DNA of 63,480 nt, the filler included, from Choristocarpus tenellus KU-1152 (lineage: Eukaryota > Protista > Phaeophyceae): assembly GCA_964200185.2 (NCBI GenBank). It is 8 parts of 8 records of this genome, joined end to end, with 100 filler letters (N's around TTAATTAATTAA, not from the genome) between each part and the next. Parts side by side here need not be neighbours in the genome. Positions count along the whole stretch, not along the records: positions 8,428 to 25,929 come from CAXNAD020000666.1; positions 26,030 to 30,107 come from CAXNAD020016337.1; positions 30,208 to 48,606 come from CAXNAD020000559.1; 5 more parts are not named here. One strand, 5' to 3'. Both the position numbers and the translations under genes were made by a program. Below, in pieces: positions 24,486 through 38,541 of this stretch (positions are counted from its first letter, which is position 1; the number at the start of each line of letters is the position of its first letter). The notes under the pieces were generated by a model. It had not been told where the DNA came from, searched no databases, and saw only the letters and a list, made by a program, of their open reading frames with translations.

Positions 24486-26705
24486 GTGAGATGGGGCGCG
24501 GGATAAGGGAAATGTATACTCGTGGGAAAGGTAGGGGCGTATGAATGACAAGAATACAGATATCATTGCTGCTAGTACCTTTTTGTGAGACGAGACAACT
24601 CCTTCGTGTGCTGTACTCTGGAAGTTGGGTATGATACATTCCTATCCCCCTCTCCAAGAATCAAATGCACTTTCCAAGACGATAAGGTAGATTCGAATCC
24701 AGTGCAATTGAACGACGTAGTGAGGTTCCACAGGTCTTGGAAATCGCACTGCTGCATCGCTAAATTCCCACTGTATTTGCATAGGAACTTCGGGTGAAGA
24801 CATGCTCTGTGCAGACTGACTGTTGATGTGACCTTGATAAGGCTGCTGACATTTTTGCCAAGCAAAATCTTCGTCCTCGTCTTCCCTTACGTCCAATGTC
24901 ATCATCTGTGCACAGGTCGATATCTTGGTTATCGTTGGTGTTTTGGTCAAAACGAGTAGTAGCAGAAACTTTAATTTTCAACAGTATTTCGTGTGGGTCA
25001 AGTTTTGCTGTGGTATCCAATACTCTACTGAGAGACATGATTGGAGCTCGTACACATAGTGGTCTTGGAAGGAAGGGTCTTTGCCAAGCTCTATCCAGAT
25101 TATTCTCCACCTTTCTCATCCATTGATTTTATATCTTTACTACCTATAACAGGATAAGAGTATTATATCATCACATCACTTCAACATGGAATCGATGCAG
25201 ATATATTTTCGCTTGAACATTCGTGTATACATATATATACATATATATATGTATATATGTATGTATATTCTTATTACTATAGTAATTTACAGTACAATTT
25301 ATGGTTGCCGTGGTACACCCCTTTTAGAACGCCCAAGTAACCACATTTCATTTGCTTCGCAACATGATTTTAAAAAAATAAATAGAAAGAATAACTAAGT
25401 CATCCCTCCCATGTTTGTTTGTGTGTGTGTGTGTGCTTTTGGTGATAAACATGGGGTGGTGTTGCAATTTGAAACAATTCATTGTTTCTTATTAACCATT
25501 CCAAAACAAATTCAATGAAACGTACTCTTATCTGTAAATATATACTCCAAGTATATATTTGCATCAAGGCACTTGAAAACATTGAGTGTCGCGTGTTGAT
25601 TGTGAGAAAACACCCGAGTATTGAGAATTTAAAAAAAAAAATCTAAATGTAATCTTGAAGCTTTTTTAAAATTCACACTACGTTACTACACGTACCAAGC
25701 TTTTTTTTCTTTCAAGAACACAAATCTCGAGCACTCCATCGACGATATCAACCAGAAAAAAATAAATAAAATCATCTCTTAAATGAATAAATTCTTCTCT
25801 TTTTTTTTTACCAAACCGAAACTGTCAATAAAAAAAAATCTCGCAATTGCCCGCAACAAAGTAGTGCGCCGGTTTCACATACGTACACAGGCTCTTGCTA
25901 GGCCTGTGCGGAACTAGGACACTTTCAGTNNNNNNNNNNNNNNNNNNNNNNNNNNNNNNNNNNNNNNNNNNNNTTAATTAATTAANNNNNNNNNNNNNNN
26001 NNNNNNNNNNNNNNNNNNNNNNNNNNNNNCCAAAGAAGGTGGGAAAGGGGTGAGCAATAGCTTGGAATGAAGCTGGGGGGGGGGGGGTCTTCTCTTCAAC
26101 CTCGCCCACTTGAAAAGGATTTTGGAGAGCATGGCTCTTGCGTCAAAGTGAGTATTTGTTAAGAAGCACCAGGACTATAGCGAGGTGCAGTACACTTTTG
26201 CTATACCAACTGCTGGCACCTTCTGTGTGCTGAGCTCAGAGGTTTCCTTAGGTGACCCAGGTAGGTTGTCCCAATCAATAGACTCTTCTTTCTCTGTCAA
26301 TGATTTGCGTGGGGAAATAGTTAATGAATGCGTTAGAAGGTTCACTCTCCATATAAGTGTCACGATCTTCTACTTATCGTAGTTAAAATGTTGGTCTTTC
26401 TGATGTACACACAAGAAAAAACGCCATCACCAAATCAGAATACAGGTGAAGTTCTCCGCAACAATTGTATTTTTTTAGACACTATCGTGCAGGTTTGTGT
26501 AATGCTGTAAATGCTGTGTACAAGAACAGAAGAAACCCACCTACTCTGTCCCAATCAGGAGGTTTGGCATCATTCATCCTTGTGAAGAATAAAAGCCCCG
26601 AACACCTGCAGATCAAATAATGTATATATCTCCAAATACTAGAATGACAAGAGAAAAATCAACTTTGGAGGCATGTAATTCGGCCTATATTATTAGACGC
26701 AATCT

Positions 26706-26885
26706 GACTCAAAGTAGCTGGGGAGAGGGGGAGGTCTACACCAGGGTGTCCATTTGGACCAAGATCAGGAAAGTGTATTTACATTATCCATCCGACGTAT
26801 GCAACCAAATCACCCAAAAATCGCGACATGAAAAAATTGACTCCAAATGGACTGCCGCCACCCCCCCCCCCAGATACTTTAAGCC
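26706..26885 (+). mobile_element. MITE family 1, complete copy (about 180 bp)
   Basis: TIRs gactcaaagtagctgggg ... ccccagatactttaagcc with subterminal G/C runs; TCT on both flanks. Confidence 0.85.
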
Positions 26886-28530
26886 TCTCGACTAGAAATA
26901 CAAAACAGTACCTGATACCAGAGGTCACTTCGAGCACCTACAATTCTGACCCTGATGAACGTGATAATCTACCACACAATCTCCAGGAGGAGAATTTTCA
27001 TCATTGCTATTATTCCTCTTCCATTCTTATTGCACCAAAGGGAAACTATCAACATACACTACATTCTGATACATGTACTTCACGGGAAATATCTCCAAGA
27101 CTAAGAAAAGTGGTGATGCGAAACCTTGTTCAACACTCTTCGAGGTTAATATCAAACACAATACGCTCGAATTATAGCCCTTTGCATCATGATCGATGAG
27201 CATTACAACCCGTAACATCGATCATGTGCACAAAGGCAGTAAATGGGTTCATTTCTAAAGGCATTATTCTTTTGGGGCAAACAAACACACCTCTTCTACA
27301 AGATTCAAAGCGCAATATAATATATGGAAGGATCAAATATTGTGTATAATGTGCTGCTGTGATAGAGGTTGATATATAGTATTCACGGCAAGATTTTGTG
27401 GGTATTTTAGGCCAAAATCGAGTTCTTGACATTGGCGCCAAGACCATCAACCATCTAAGATCTAGATACAAATATATACATATATATAGCATATATACCA
27501 GCATTATGCAAGCCTACGGAGGAGGGACTCCTTGCAGGGGTAGACAAACTGCGGTTCCAGAGTCTACACTTCAGTTGAATTCCTTGAGACCTGGGCTTAG
27601 GATCAAGTAGGCACTACATCACATAGATTGCCCAATCTACATTCCTTGATGGAGGAGAGGTCACGACTATATTCAAGCGAAAAGCATCTATCTGAAGAGA
27701 AGATCCCAGGGCAAGAGAAAACACAAAGGTTGATTAGCTAGAAAATATACTAAGAATACGTTCATAGCAAAATATTCAAGGTCTTGGTGAGTGGCCTATT
27801 AAAACACTGGTGGAAAGAAGTGTTGAACGCTCTAAGGAACTTGGTGAGGGTCTTGGAGACTGGTTGAACCCTCCACATAGAGGAGGTCAAAACCCACTGA
27901 TTATATGTGTCAAGATGGGGAACACATCCATGGCCTATGATTGGGTGAACCTCATTAGAGAGGCACTTGGTACCTGCTTCGATGACAGTCGTTCGAGTGG
28001 GCGTTTCTGGCTAAATATGGACCAGCCAAGTTATTTGTGGTGTGATCCTTAAAGGGGTACAGTGGAACTCGGGGATCAGGTTCTAAACGAAGTACCTTGG
28101 CCTCAAGAAGAACCTTACTGAGGTATTTGTGGGTATCAGCGAAGAGTGTTCTGACAGATCTCTGGGCAAATCAAATGATGTTGCTTGGAGGGACCGATTC
28201 TCATGTTGAAATCATAATTGCGGTCAGGACGACCACAAGGAAGGTATGCATCAATTAAGGATAATTGTATTACATCCACAATAGCAGCAGTAGCAAGTAC
28301 AGCAACAACATCATGACGGTCTAGAGCCAAGGAAGAGAATGCTGTCCTTGACGATGGATCCAAACGAAGACAGTCTGGTAACGCACGTCAGGAACCATCT
28401 TCTGGACAGGAGGATAGATCAAGTTGTTCTGGTGCAGAAAAGGTATCCACAGCCTGGAAACGCAGACCATTCACCTGGCCTCTGAGTAGTAGAGAGAGGG
28501 TGGAGCGTTTGGCACAACAGACCGAGCAAT

Positions 28531-28855
28531 GGCTCAAAGTATCTGGGAGGGGGTGGCGGCTGTCCATTTTGGGTCAATTTTTTCATATCGAGAATTTGGG
28601 GTGATTTGGTTTCATACGTCGGATGGACAATGTAAATGCACTTTCCGGATTTCGCCTCAAATGGACACCCTGGTGTAGAACCCCCCCCCCCCCAGATAAT
28701 TTGGGCCAATATACAAACGAACGGTTTATTCTGGCTTGGGTCATATGGAANNNNNNNNNNTCATACGGCGGATGGACAATGTAAATGCCCTTTCCTGGTT
28801 TCGCCTCAAATGGACACCCTGGTGTAGACCCCCCCCCCCCCAGATAATTTGGGTC
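28531..28855 (-). mobile_element. MITE family 1, complete copy (28531-28707) plus a redundant partial copy (28761-28855) across a 10-N gap
   Basis: ggctcaaagtatctggg ... cccagataatttgggcc; the second piece repeats the end and its flank (aatataca), so it is probably assembly redundancy. Confidence 0.85.
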
Positions 28856-30032
28856 AATATACAACAGTATTGTTGATTCTGGTTCTGGTTCTATGGAATT
28901 CGTTATCTGCGCCAACCCCAAAGTGGCTATTACAAGGCGCTGGCCTCTGGTTACTCTACAAGCTTCCTCAGCTTGAACGAGGACCATGGTGGGGTATGTG
29001 TGACTATGATGGACATTCGTTGGATCGAATGGTGAGTCATGTTGCCGTATCAATTGTCCCTACCCAGACCAACACTGTCCAGATACAAACGCCTTCCACA
29101 TTTATGTGTATCCTGGATGTGGGATCACTGGTCTGTCGAAAAACCTGGTGAGAAAGTCCACAAAATCATGGAGGTGTACCTTTCCCTACTCCTGCCCTTC
29201 TCATGCATATATATATATATATATCATACCTTACGACTGATGGTCATCAGAACACCACTCGAGGGGTCAGAGTATCTCTCATTTTGGTTTGCACGTCTTT
29301 CGGTCTGCATACCTCAGGAACCTGACAGTCATAGTCCTATTATATACTATTGTTGATTTCACGGTGAGGACGAAGAAACTTTGGGTTGTCCTCGGGCTGG
29401 ATCTACCGCATATTATTTTCCAGTTTACACAGGAGGGTGAGTGTTACCACCAAAAAGGGAGAGACTTAGCCACCATGTTAAAGCACAGGAGGAAAAAAAT
29501 GAACACATCAGGTGGTGCCAACAGAAACAGTAACTTTGAACAAGAAATGAGATATTTTGGACTTGCTCAGTGCAAAAAAGGCTATTTAGTTCGGTATATT
29601 GTAGCGGTTCCGTGTTGGCGTATGGACCATCACACCGTTAGATTCAGCAAGAATGGGCTAGCGAAGCAACAGTTCTTGCCAGTGGAAAGGGAAACGAAAT
29701 GACAGCTGGAAAACCACAGGATACTTTAAGTCTATAAATCAGCAATACATGCATTGGAAGACCTTCAGATCAAGGCAGCAAGCTTTCACTAACAGGAGCA
29801 TCAGCCACAAAGGTGAGGTATTTCCCTTCATTTGTTATCTTTGTGATCCTTTGTTTCCTGGTGGTCACTGCTCTTAATAAATACACCATATCTGAGATTC
29901 TCAGTGTTTGACTCTAATAATCACTTGGTTTTACACAGTCACGGTTGGATACTAACCCCGGCAAAGTGTTGGATGAAATAGAGATCACCAGTTTGCTGCA
30001 TGATGCGAAAAATACATATATACGTAGACTTT

Positions 30033-30107
30033 GACCCAAAGTATCTGGGGGGGAGGGGGGGGGAGTCTACAACAGGGTGTGAATTTGAAAGAAAAACAGG
30101 AAAAGTG
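30033..30107 (+). mobile_element. MITE family 1 fragment at contig end
   Basis: gacccaaagtatctggggg...tctacaacagggtgt matches the 5' part of 26706-26885. Confidence 0.8.
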
Positions 30108-30296
30108 NNNNNNNNNNNNNNNNNNNNNNNNNNNNNNNNNNNNNNNNNNNNTTAATTAATTAANNNNNNNNNNNNNNNNNNNNNNNNNNNNNNNNNNNNN
30201 NNNNNNNAGAACAGAATACCTTTGGTATACACCACAACAAGAAAATGAGTTTTGCCATGTGACATCTGTGTAACACTGCAAAGTATCAATTATCAG

Positions 30297-30368
30297 GTAA
30301 CATACCGGTGGCGCTGGGTAACCTCAGTAAGCTCAAAGAAATCGACCTTGCTGACAACAAGCTCTCAG
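30297..30368 (+). CDS. LRR-XK gene, LRR exon 1: (G)NIPVALGNLSKLKEIDLADNKLS
   Basis: tatcag|GT...TCAG|gtgagt; 72 nt, phase 1-1; fits the LxxLxxLxLxxNxLxGxIPxxLG consensus. Confidence 0.93.
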
Positions 30369-31428
30369 GTGAGTGTTTAGCTGTTTTTGATATACTACAC
30401 TTGGTTGCGAGAATGTTGTGTGGGGAATACATATTCCCATTCTAGATTCTATTTTTGACCCTCTGTTTTTATATGAATATTTGATATCGGTAATGAGTCT
30501 TTGAATTTTCACTTATTAGGTAATATCCATTAGTTGTAGAAGTGTAACTGTGAATAATATTGTGTTATTAGTGGGTTCCGTGTACTGTTATTGTGTGGGC
30601 TAAGGTGATGTATAATGTGGTCCCAAGATGTAATTATCTATTGGTACATGCTGAGAGTTAAATCTTTGCAACTATTGTTAGATACGCTCTTGTACCTCAT
30701 ATTGCTTTACCAGCCTTCATCCATAAATATCTTTATAACAAAATTTTGGTATTGAAGGGATGTGAATTCACGAGGTGAGATAAAAAAAGAGCAGAGTAAC
30801 TTTGTTATGCCACTAGATATGTGCATGAATTGGGGATGCTCCAATATCTCGAGCAAAGAGGAGAAAAGCAAGCAAATCTATTCATGAAATATTTTGTTTT
30901 TCTTGTGGCAAAAGACCCCAAGAAGGGAAACGTTGTGGGTAGGTAGGAATGGTGCAATGGACAAACTTGTGAAATATGATCAAATACACAAATTGAAACA
31001 AATAAATATTACTAGGAGGTTGTATGTGGCACGTTGTAGTTGGTTTTGTATTTTTATTTTGTATTTTATTGTCATTTTTCTCTTGTTGCTATTTTTGTGG
31101 TCACAAATTTCACCATCCCACTTGCTGAGGACAACCAAACAAGATTGTTGCGTTGTGTAGGCATACCCCAATTGACGATAGTAGAGAAATGATAATTGGA
31201 GGACCTGTGAATGGCATTTCCATTCTATAGGTCTTTCTAAACCTTAACTGTATTTACAGCCCTAACCCTCTACGTACGATTTACTACTCGCATACACCAC
31301 AACACAGAAAAACCATACATACCAGGAACTTACCTTTCATTCATTCCACCCCCAATTTCAATTTTCTAAATGTACTTCAATGCGAATACACAAAAAAATA
31401 TATATTATCGTCGAACCAAAGACAGCCA

Positions 31429-31683
31429 GAGCCAAAGCATTTAAGAGGTTAGGGCTGTGTCTGTGCGGGATCATAAATCCAATGTTGTGATGTCGATGGA
31501 TTTTGGCTATCGTGTTTGTTAGCAATTGTCAATATCCTTGCTCCAGGGAACCTTTCATAGTTGTATACGTTTTAGGGAACATTTGACACGGAAAATTGAT
31601 GAAGGGCATAAGAAACCCGTGGCAAGCTAAACTATGAACGGACAAACAGGGCAAAACTCTCACCCTCTTAAATGCTTTGGACC
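31429..31683 (+). mobile_element. MITE family 2, diverged copy in an LRR intron
   Basis: TIRs gagccaaagcatttaagagg ... cctcttaaatgctttggacc; internal similarity to 58971-59231. Confidence 0.75.
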
Positions 31684-31942
31684 CCAGCAGTGCCATTAGC
31701 TACTTGTTCTCTTTCCAAAATTGAATAGTAGAGTAAAGGTCGATAAACAACCCCATCCCTCAACCTGTCTTTTATTGCAACCTATACAAAGTAGTTCTAG
31801 AAGTAGAAATGAGAAAGTGAAAATTAATTGTTATTGAAGGAAGTGTAGGACCATGCTCACAGGGTCGTCAAAATATGTAATTTCCTAGAGTCAGTTTTAC
31901 TCTAATCTTAACTCATTTTTTAAAAAAGAAGTTTTTAGATAA

Positions 31943-32120
31943 GGGTCAAAGTATCTGAGGGGGGGTGTCGGCATCTGTTTTTCACCCTTTTTTCGATTTT
32001 CACTTTTTTTGGTGTGATTTGGTCGCATGTGTCAGATTTGAAATGTCGGCAAAAAAAAGAGTTGTTTGACTGAAACGTACGCCCCTTCACAAACTACCCC
32101 ACCTCCAGATATTTCGGCCC
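31943..32120 (-). mobile_element. MITE family 1, diverged copy in an LRR intron
   Basis: gggtcaaagtatctgagggggg ... ccagatatttcggccc, flanked by ATAA on both sides. Confidence 0.7.
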
Positions 32121-33425
32121 ATAAGTGTAGTCGAAGAAAAATAAAAAATAAAACGTAAAAGAAGGAATCCACACCATGAAGTTGGTTTGACCATTTGAGT
32201 TTTGCTCTTTTATACAAATAAAATACTATAGAGAAACAGAAGTAACCTTCAACTCATACCATAATCATAATCTCAAAGAAATGTACTTGTAGTTAAGTAT
32301 GTGTGATTAAAACCTTGAATATATGAACCACCTAAAGTAATTTCAACTTTTTGAACGTGTTTCTATTTGAAAACAACGATGGATTAAGGTTTTGCATTTT
32401 TAAAGAGCCAAAGAAAACCCCTCTCTGGAAAGCGCATAATCTTTTGGAATTCATCTTTCTAAGTTCCTCTTTGAGCAACAAAAGCAAAGTCTGTTTCAAA
32501 CCATTACGTGGTTGTTCCACAATAATATTGTTGGGGTTGTGAACCTCAACATTTTAGTTTGCTTCAGTCAAATGGTTAGGAACCACCAGACGAATATTTT
32601 CAGAAATTGAGTAGCGAATATATTTTCTTTTGGCCCATTAGTCCTGTATTTGAGTAACGTAGCACTCTTAGATAGGGCCCTCCTCTAGTTTTTTTCTTGT
32701 TTCACATAGAGTAGCTAGCTATGTCCAACATCCATTACTGTCTGTTGAGAGGGTTCTCCACAATTGCGACTATCAGAATATACGTAAGTATTTCTACAAG
32801 AATTGTAATAGATGTTATCTATTTCCTCACCCTCCCCTAGAGTTCTTGTTTCACCCTGCGCCATTCAAAAAATTACTTTTATCGGAAGGGTGAGAAATCA
32901 ATATATTAAAGCAAACAAGTGAAGCACAAAATACCAGTTCTTCCCTAAATGTACCTAAACTTTGTAAGATATATAGTTGTTTCGCTTATTTCTAAAAGGG
33001 ATATAGTCTAATACATTTTGATATATATTTTAGTCTGTCCGATCTACTGGAACTATCAAGCTATCATCCGTAGGATTTTATCACATCATTCAATTCCTCG
33101 AAAAATATTTTGAAAAACGATTGAATCAGTGATTGAGATCTTCACCTCCTGTGATTGCTTTTAGACTGAGGAAACAAACGTCTAGGTTACAAAATGAACT
33201 CCTACCTCTAGTGAAGCTACTTTTTTCAAATCTGTTTTTCTTGAGCCTGCCTGACATGACAAGTCTACTGTGCACAACACAAACTGTGTGTATATATAAA
33301 ATCATGTGCGTACCATAGTCCACTCAATCGTTTGATCTAAGGATTGTGTACCTTTGCAAGAAACCACAAAAATGTCGGGTCTTGCCATAAGATGCCTGTG
33401 TAACACCTCAAGTGTGTTTTGTCAG

Positions 33426-33497
33426 GTCCTATCCCGGTTGAGCTAGGTAACCTCACTGCGCTGGAAACACTGGACATAAGGAACAACCAGCTCGTTG
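33426..33497 (+). CDS. LRR exon 2: (G)PIPVELGNLTALETLDIRNNQLV
   Basis: ttttgtcag|GT...GTTG|gtgagt; 72 nt, phase 1-1. Confidence 0.93.
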
Positions 33498-35959
33498 GTG
33501 AGTGTTTTGTGGTTCATTCACTCATTATTAGAATGTATTTTCTGGTTCATATGAGCGTTCAGTATGAGTTTTGAGGCTTTATATTCACTTCTTAGGTAAT
33601 TAGGTTTGGTTGCAGTGTAATTATTGGGAATATTGTTAGAATTGTTAGATCATGAATAAAGGAATTGAAAAATCCCACTTTTTAACAACTGAATTTTGGA
33701 TTCCACTCGATTTTTCTATATTATGATAAAATAGAGTTGATAATGCTATAACCATTTATCTACACACACATGATTTCAAACGTTCTGCATTCCACTTGAA
33801 GCTGTGCCCTTCCCAGTGCTAGCTTAACACAACAATATTTCGAAGGACCAATAACTCCAGCAAATCTGAAGTGGCAGATTAGAATCATTTTACAAGTACT
33901 AACCACTCTGAGTAGAGAAATGGCTAGCAAGGTCTTGACGCCACATATTTGGTGACCTGAGCTTTAACATGGGTAGTACTTGGAACTAATTAAATCACCC
34001 GTTAATGGCTTTTTCCTCTTTTGACGTTTTGTTAACCCTATTTTCTATTTTATCATAATATTGGAGGTGGGGACTCTGACGATGGTTGCAAATACCATTT
34101 ATTTGTGTGTATAGATAGCTTCTTAAACCTCTTAGAGGCATTATTTTGTAGGATACTCTAAATATATTTTTTCGTGGTCAGAAATTGCACCACTGCCTGA
34201 AATAACATTTTTTTTGTGGACAATTAGTAAATGACAACTCCATTACAGGTAGTTCTACCCTAACCTTACTGCATTTCGAATTCCATCTTGATCTAACTCT
34301 GAACCCTATCAATGACCGTAGCCCATACATACGTTCTATTACTGGGAAGATATTATTACCCATGAGAAAACCATGTAAACCCTACCTTTAATTTTTATAG
34401 CGTGGCCAACAGGAAATTTGCCTTTTACAGTGAAATATATACAGAAGATGTGTAGTTGTGGAGGACACTCACAGGAGAGTACTATGTTGACATTATACTG
34501 TACTGGGTCTAAGGAAACAGTTTTTTCAACACTAAGTATTTTATTCACATTGATCATTTTGAGTAATCAAATTGGAGCAAATAAAACAGTTGCTGTTAAA
34601 ACCTCTCAATAATATTGTTACAACACCATCTCATCTTCTCAATTAATATTTTTTCTGTTGATGGGGAAATGGAAAGAAAATGTTAAAGGAACGGGAATTG
34701 GAGAGGGGGGATTTCTAATAACTTTTTCCGCATTACTTTGCCTATTTCCACCCTTGTTTTTGACTAGAATTCCTTTCTAAAAAACTTACTTGCGGGTGTG
34801 AATAAGAGAGGTTCATGAATGATAAACTGAATTTTTATGGTTTTCTGATTTAATGGGGTTTTTCCTTCTTTTGAATTGTATGTGGAATATTTTTGGGGTT
34901 ATGGTTATGATAAGATTTCATAGTTATATTTTTGCTGTACAGTTTTTGATAAAGTACAAAAAAGAGAAACTGAAATAGTAAAACTGGCTTTTCTTTCGGG
35001 ATTTATTCATTTTTCTTCCTCCTATTCTGGTTAGATAGTAATATTTTTTTGTCTTATTCTCAGATGGCAATTCCTATTCTAAATTGAGAATGTAGGTGCT
35101 TTTGAAGCGTAGGTGAAGCTTGGCTCAGGGTAGAACAGGATTTTGAGGTTAGTGCTTTTACCTTTGCAGCTAGCAATACATTTTTAACTATTAGGGATAA
35201 TGGTTGGTGAAAGGTGAAATGTGGAAGTAAAGAAAGGGGAGAGTTGAGGGTAGGCCAGCCATTTTGAAGTTGTAACATAGAGAATGAAAGAATGAACATA
35301 CAAAAGTTTGAACAAAGGAAACCGCACAAGAGGTAGCCAGGTTTTAACGTTTTAGCTTAAGCCACTGTTGCAGTCTTCAGCGATTCACTCATATATCCAT
35401 GGATGAAGTACGAGTATTGATTTGATCGTGTTGATTTCTCTATTGTTTGAACATTTTTTACAGATAATAGATAGTTCCCTATACGTATTTGTACAAAACA
35501 CCTAAGTTTACCGATGTTTGTCAGCGTCTTGAAAATGCAACATTGGGTGCCTCTCGCTTACTTTGACTCACAAGCAAAGTAATAGGTACTGTGAACTATT
35601 GTCAGACCCCCCGCCTACCTTTGTGACTACTCCACCCCCTAATAAAACTTTGGTCAACAAAAACATGCGAGAAAAGATCAACGAACTTGTGAGAAACCCC
35701 TACCAGACAAAGTGCCACTCCCTAAAAATTACCTCTGTTTCAAAAATTAAATATTTTTTCCTGTAGTCTGACTTACATAAGGTGACTATTATGCACAATA
35801 TACATGTTATGAATATATAAGACGTGGTTCTCTTGTGTTGGACTGTCTACCAAAGTTAATTCAGCCTTTTGATGAAGAACTGTAACTGTAAATTATACCA
35901 CACCAATATTGTTTTTGGCAATGAGAGATCTGTTTAACACTGGAAGTATTTATTATCAG

Positions 35960-36031
35960 GTAATATACCAGCAGAGCTGGGAAACCTCAGTCTACTCCAA
36001 ACACTCTGGCTCTCTAACAACAAGCTCTCGG
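35960..36031 (+). CDS. LRR exon 3: (G)NIPAELGNLSLLQTLWLSNNKLS
   Basis: ttatcag|GT...TCGG|gtgagt; 72 nt, phase 1-1. Confidence 0.93.
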
Positions 36032-38469
36032 GTGAGTGTTTGTGGCTGGATATACTCTACCTCATCGAGGGAGTGCTGTGTGGGTACTACAAATTACATG
36101 TTGGATCTTTTTCATTTTCTGCTTATGATGAACATTCCGTATCACTTGTGAGCCCTTTCTGTCACTTCTTCTATAATGTCAGTTGCAGTGCCACTATCAG
36201 TTGTATAATAGTATTGTTTCAATAGAGATATTTAGTAATGAAATTGTTGCAAGTTATTTATTTGATTCCATGTACAGGCTGTGTGAAGGCTAAGCTGATG
36301 AAATAAGTGGTGTCAAGATAGTGGTAGTTATTTCTCTATGCAGGGTCGTAAGTATTTGTATTGTCATATATTCTCTTGTACATAGTCTATTCCTGCCAAC
36401 CTTCTCCAAATTCTGTCCGTTCTTTTTTTCTTCTTTCCTTCACACAAACCTACCACGAAAATACGCACATTGGGAGTAAAGGATCTGACTACAGTTCCCA
36501 ATATCCACTGCTCTGTGCATCCCAGTTGCAGTATGCACCTTCAAAATGTGAAATTGTGGAGGACCCCCCCAAAAAAATGCAGTTTCAGTTTCTGTGACTT
36601 TCAATGTACTTCTATTTTCATATGCATCTTCTACCCTTAACCCTAGCCATAACTGTAACACATTAGAGAAAATCTTCTAAAGAATGTTTAAATAAGAAAG
36701 GCTATATAACACATTCCATATAACGCCACCTCTATCATCTACTACAAATTCGGTTTAACCCAATCCAGTTTCATTTTTTTATGAGTAAGGTCAATTTAAA
36801 AGACCAAAGATACTAACTCTATACAGGACGGTGTTACCACGTTATTGCTTGAAGCCAAATAAATGCATTGAAAAAGATGAACCATCCTTCAAATCAATAC
36901 CAAAATGATCTACCTGTCCTGTCTGGGAGAAGAGATAAAAAAAAAACTTCAAAAGTCTATTCTGCCCTGATTTTGTTTTTGGGTTGACTTCTACAAAAAG
37001 ATACATATATATATATATATAAGGAAAATCACAAAAAGAAGAAAGAACAGGACAAACGAAAAATACAATTACAACAACGAAAAGTCATAAACAAGAACCT
37101 ACAAATTCCCTAAACAATGCCATACAGCTTCTCATCCCACCCATTTAAAAAAATCAAGAGGGGATGTTAGTGATGATCTCATCAAATTGTACTGTCCAAA
37201 GGTCAGAGGGTGTTGGACTAGGGGTACTGCTGAGCAAATGTGTATTTTATCTTTTGCTGGTAGATGATTTTTATGTTTGTCTTGTGGATTGTATGTAGTG
37301 ATAGAAAATGTTGCCAGGTTCCATTGGTTGACCCATCATGTTATTGACTGTAACCATTAGAGGGTGTTGAGATACACATGTGTAAAGGAAGTAACGAGAC
37401 CAATGTAGGTATGGCCATCTGCATCATGTTATCACATTGCAGAATATTTTAGGATATGCAATGGGTTGGATATATGATTGTGGAGAGTTGGAATTTGAGT
37501 CACGTTGTCATTTTATATTCTAAGGTACTACCTGTTAACCTCGCAGTGTGTGATTTGTAAATATCGAAAAGGACTTCTTAGTTGCTTTACTAATGTGGCA
37601 TATTTCAAGTTGGTGTTTCAAGATACCAATGTTTACCTTTTTTGTGTGATTGGAGTAAGACCACTCTAGTTCACAGAGCCTTTTCGTTTGCTCGCAGGCA
37701 TGGGAAAAATCAAATGTTCATTTTGTCTATGTTATTCTCTGACACTGGTGAGGGTGATTCACATGTACAGTTACGGATGATTTACTCTATGTTGAATTTG
37801 TGCTTTATTGCACTTTGTTTGAAGGGTTTTTTTTGCTGATTGAATTTGCACTGTTTCTTGTTCTGATTTATTGATGTTTTGTTTTAGTCTCAATTGAGGT
37901 CGCACAGGGCAAGCATTGTTGCGAAAACATAGAGCAATTCTGGGGAGAACAGTGCACCTTTTGTAGGTCCATAGTTGAGTGGGTCGAAAGAATTTAAAGA
38001 ATTTGTAGCAAATTTCTTTTGTAGCTCCGTTGTCTATCAATTCATATCAACTGATACATGTATATATCCTCACAAGCAAATAATTGACATAAAAACTCTC
38101 TTTGAACAGCCACTACTTTGGAGTCCAGTGCCTTTGAAATCAAAGCATATTCACGATAGTTATGATATTCTTTCTAATCGTTTTTGTGTTGCAAGGATGC
38201 TCTTGCACATTGCACCTTGATGTGGTTTGCATCAAATTATGTCAAAGTAGGGTAGGGTTTTTACTGTTCACCTGTAGTACCTGACTTCTTGTGTGTTGCT
38301 AAAATGACAAGACCACTGTACACAATATATGCTATTACATGTATAGAATTGATTCTCTTGTATTGTTCTGTGCTTTTCATAGTCAATTCAACCCTTTGAT
38401 GCTAGAATAGTACACATTCAGAATAACCATCTGAGAGATCTGTATAACATCGTGCTCATGTGTTACCAG

Positions 38470-38541
38470 GTACTATTCCAGTGGATCTAGGCAAGCTCAG
38501 TGCGCTTATAGAGCTCCGTCTTTACGACAACCAGCTCATTG
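38470..38541 (+). CDS. LRR exon 4: (G)TIPVDLGKLSALIELRLYDNQLI
   Basis: ttaccag|GT...ATTG|gtgagt; 72 nt, phase 1-1. Confidence 0.93.

Noticed and set aside
24572-25126. Overlapping ORFs downstream of FKBP exon 2
   Set aside because: No FKBP or other recognisable motif; no consistent splice model.
29289-29812. ORF and donor-like aag|gtgagg as the first exon of the LRR-XK gene
   Set aside because: No LRR N-cap similarity, and it lies across an artificial spacer.
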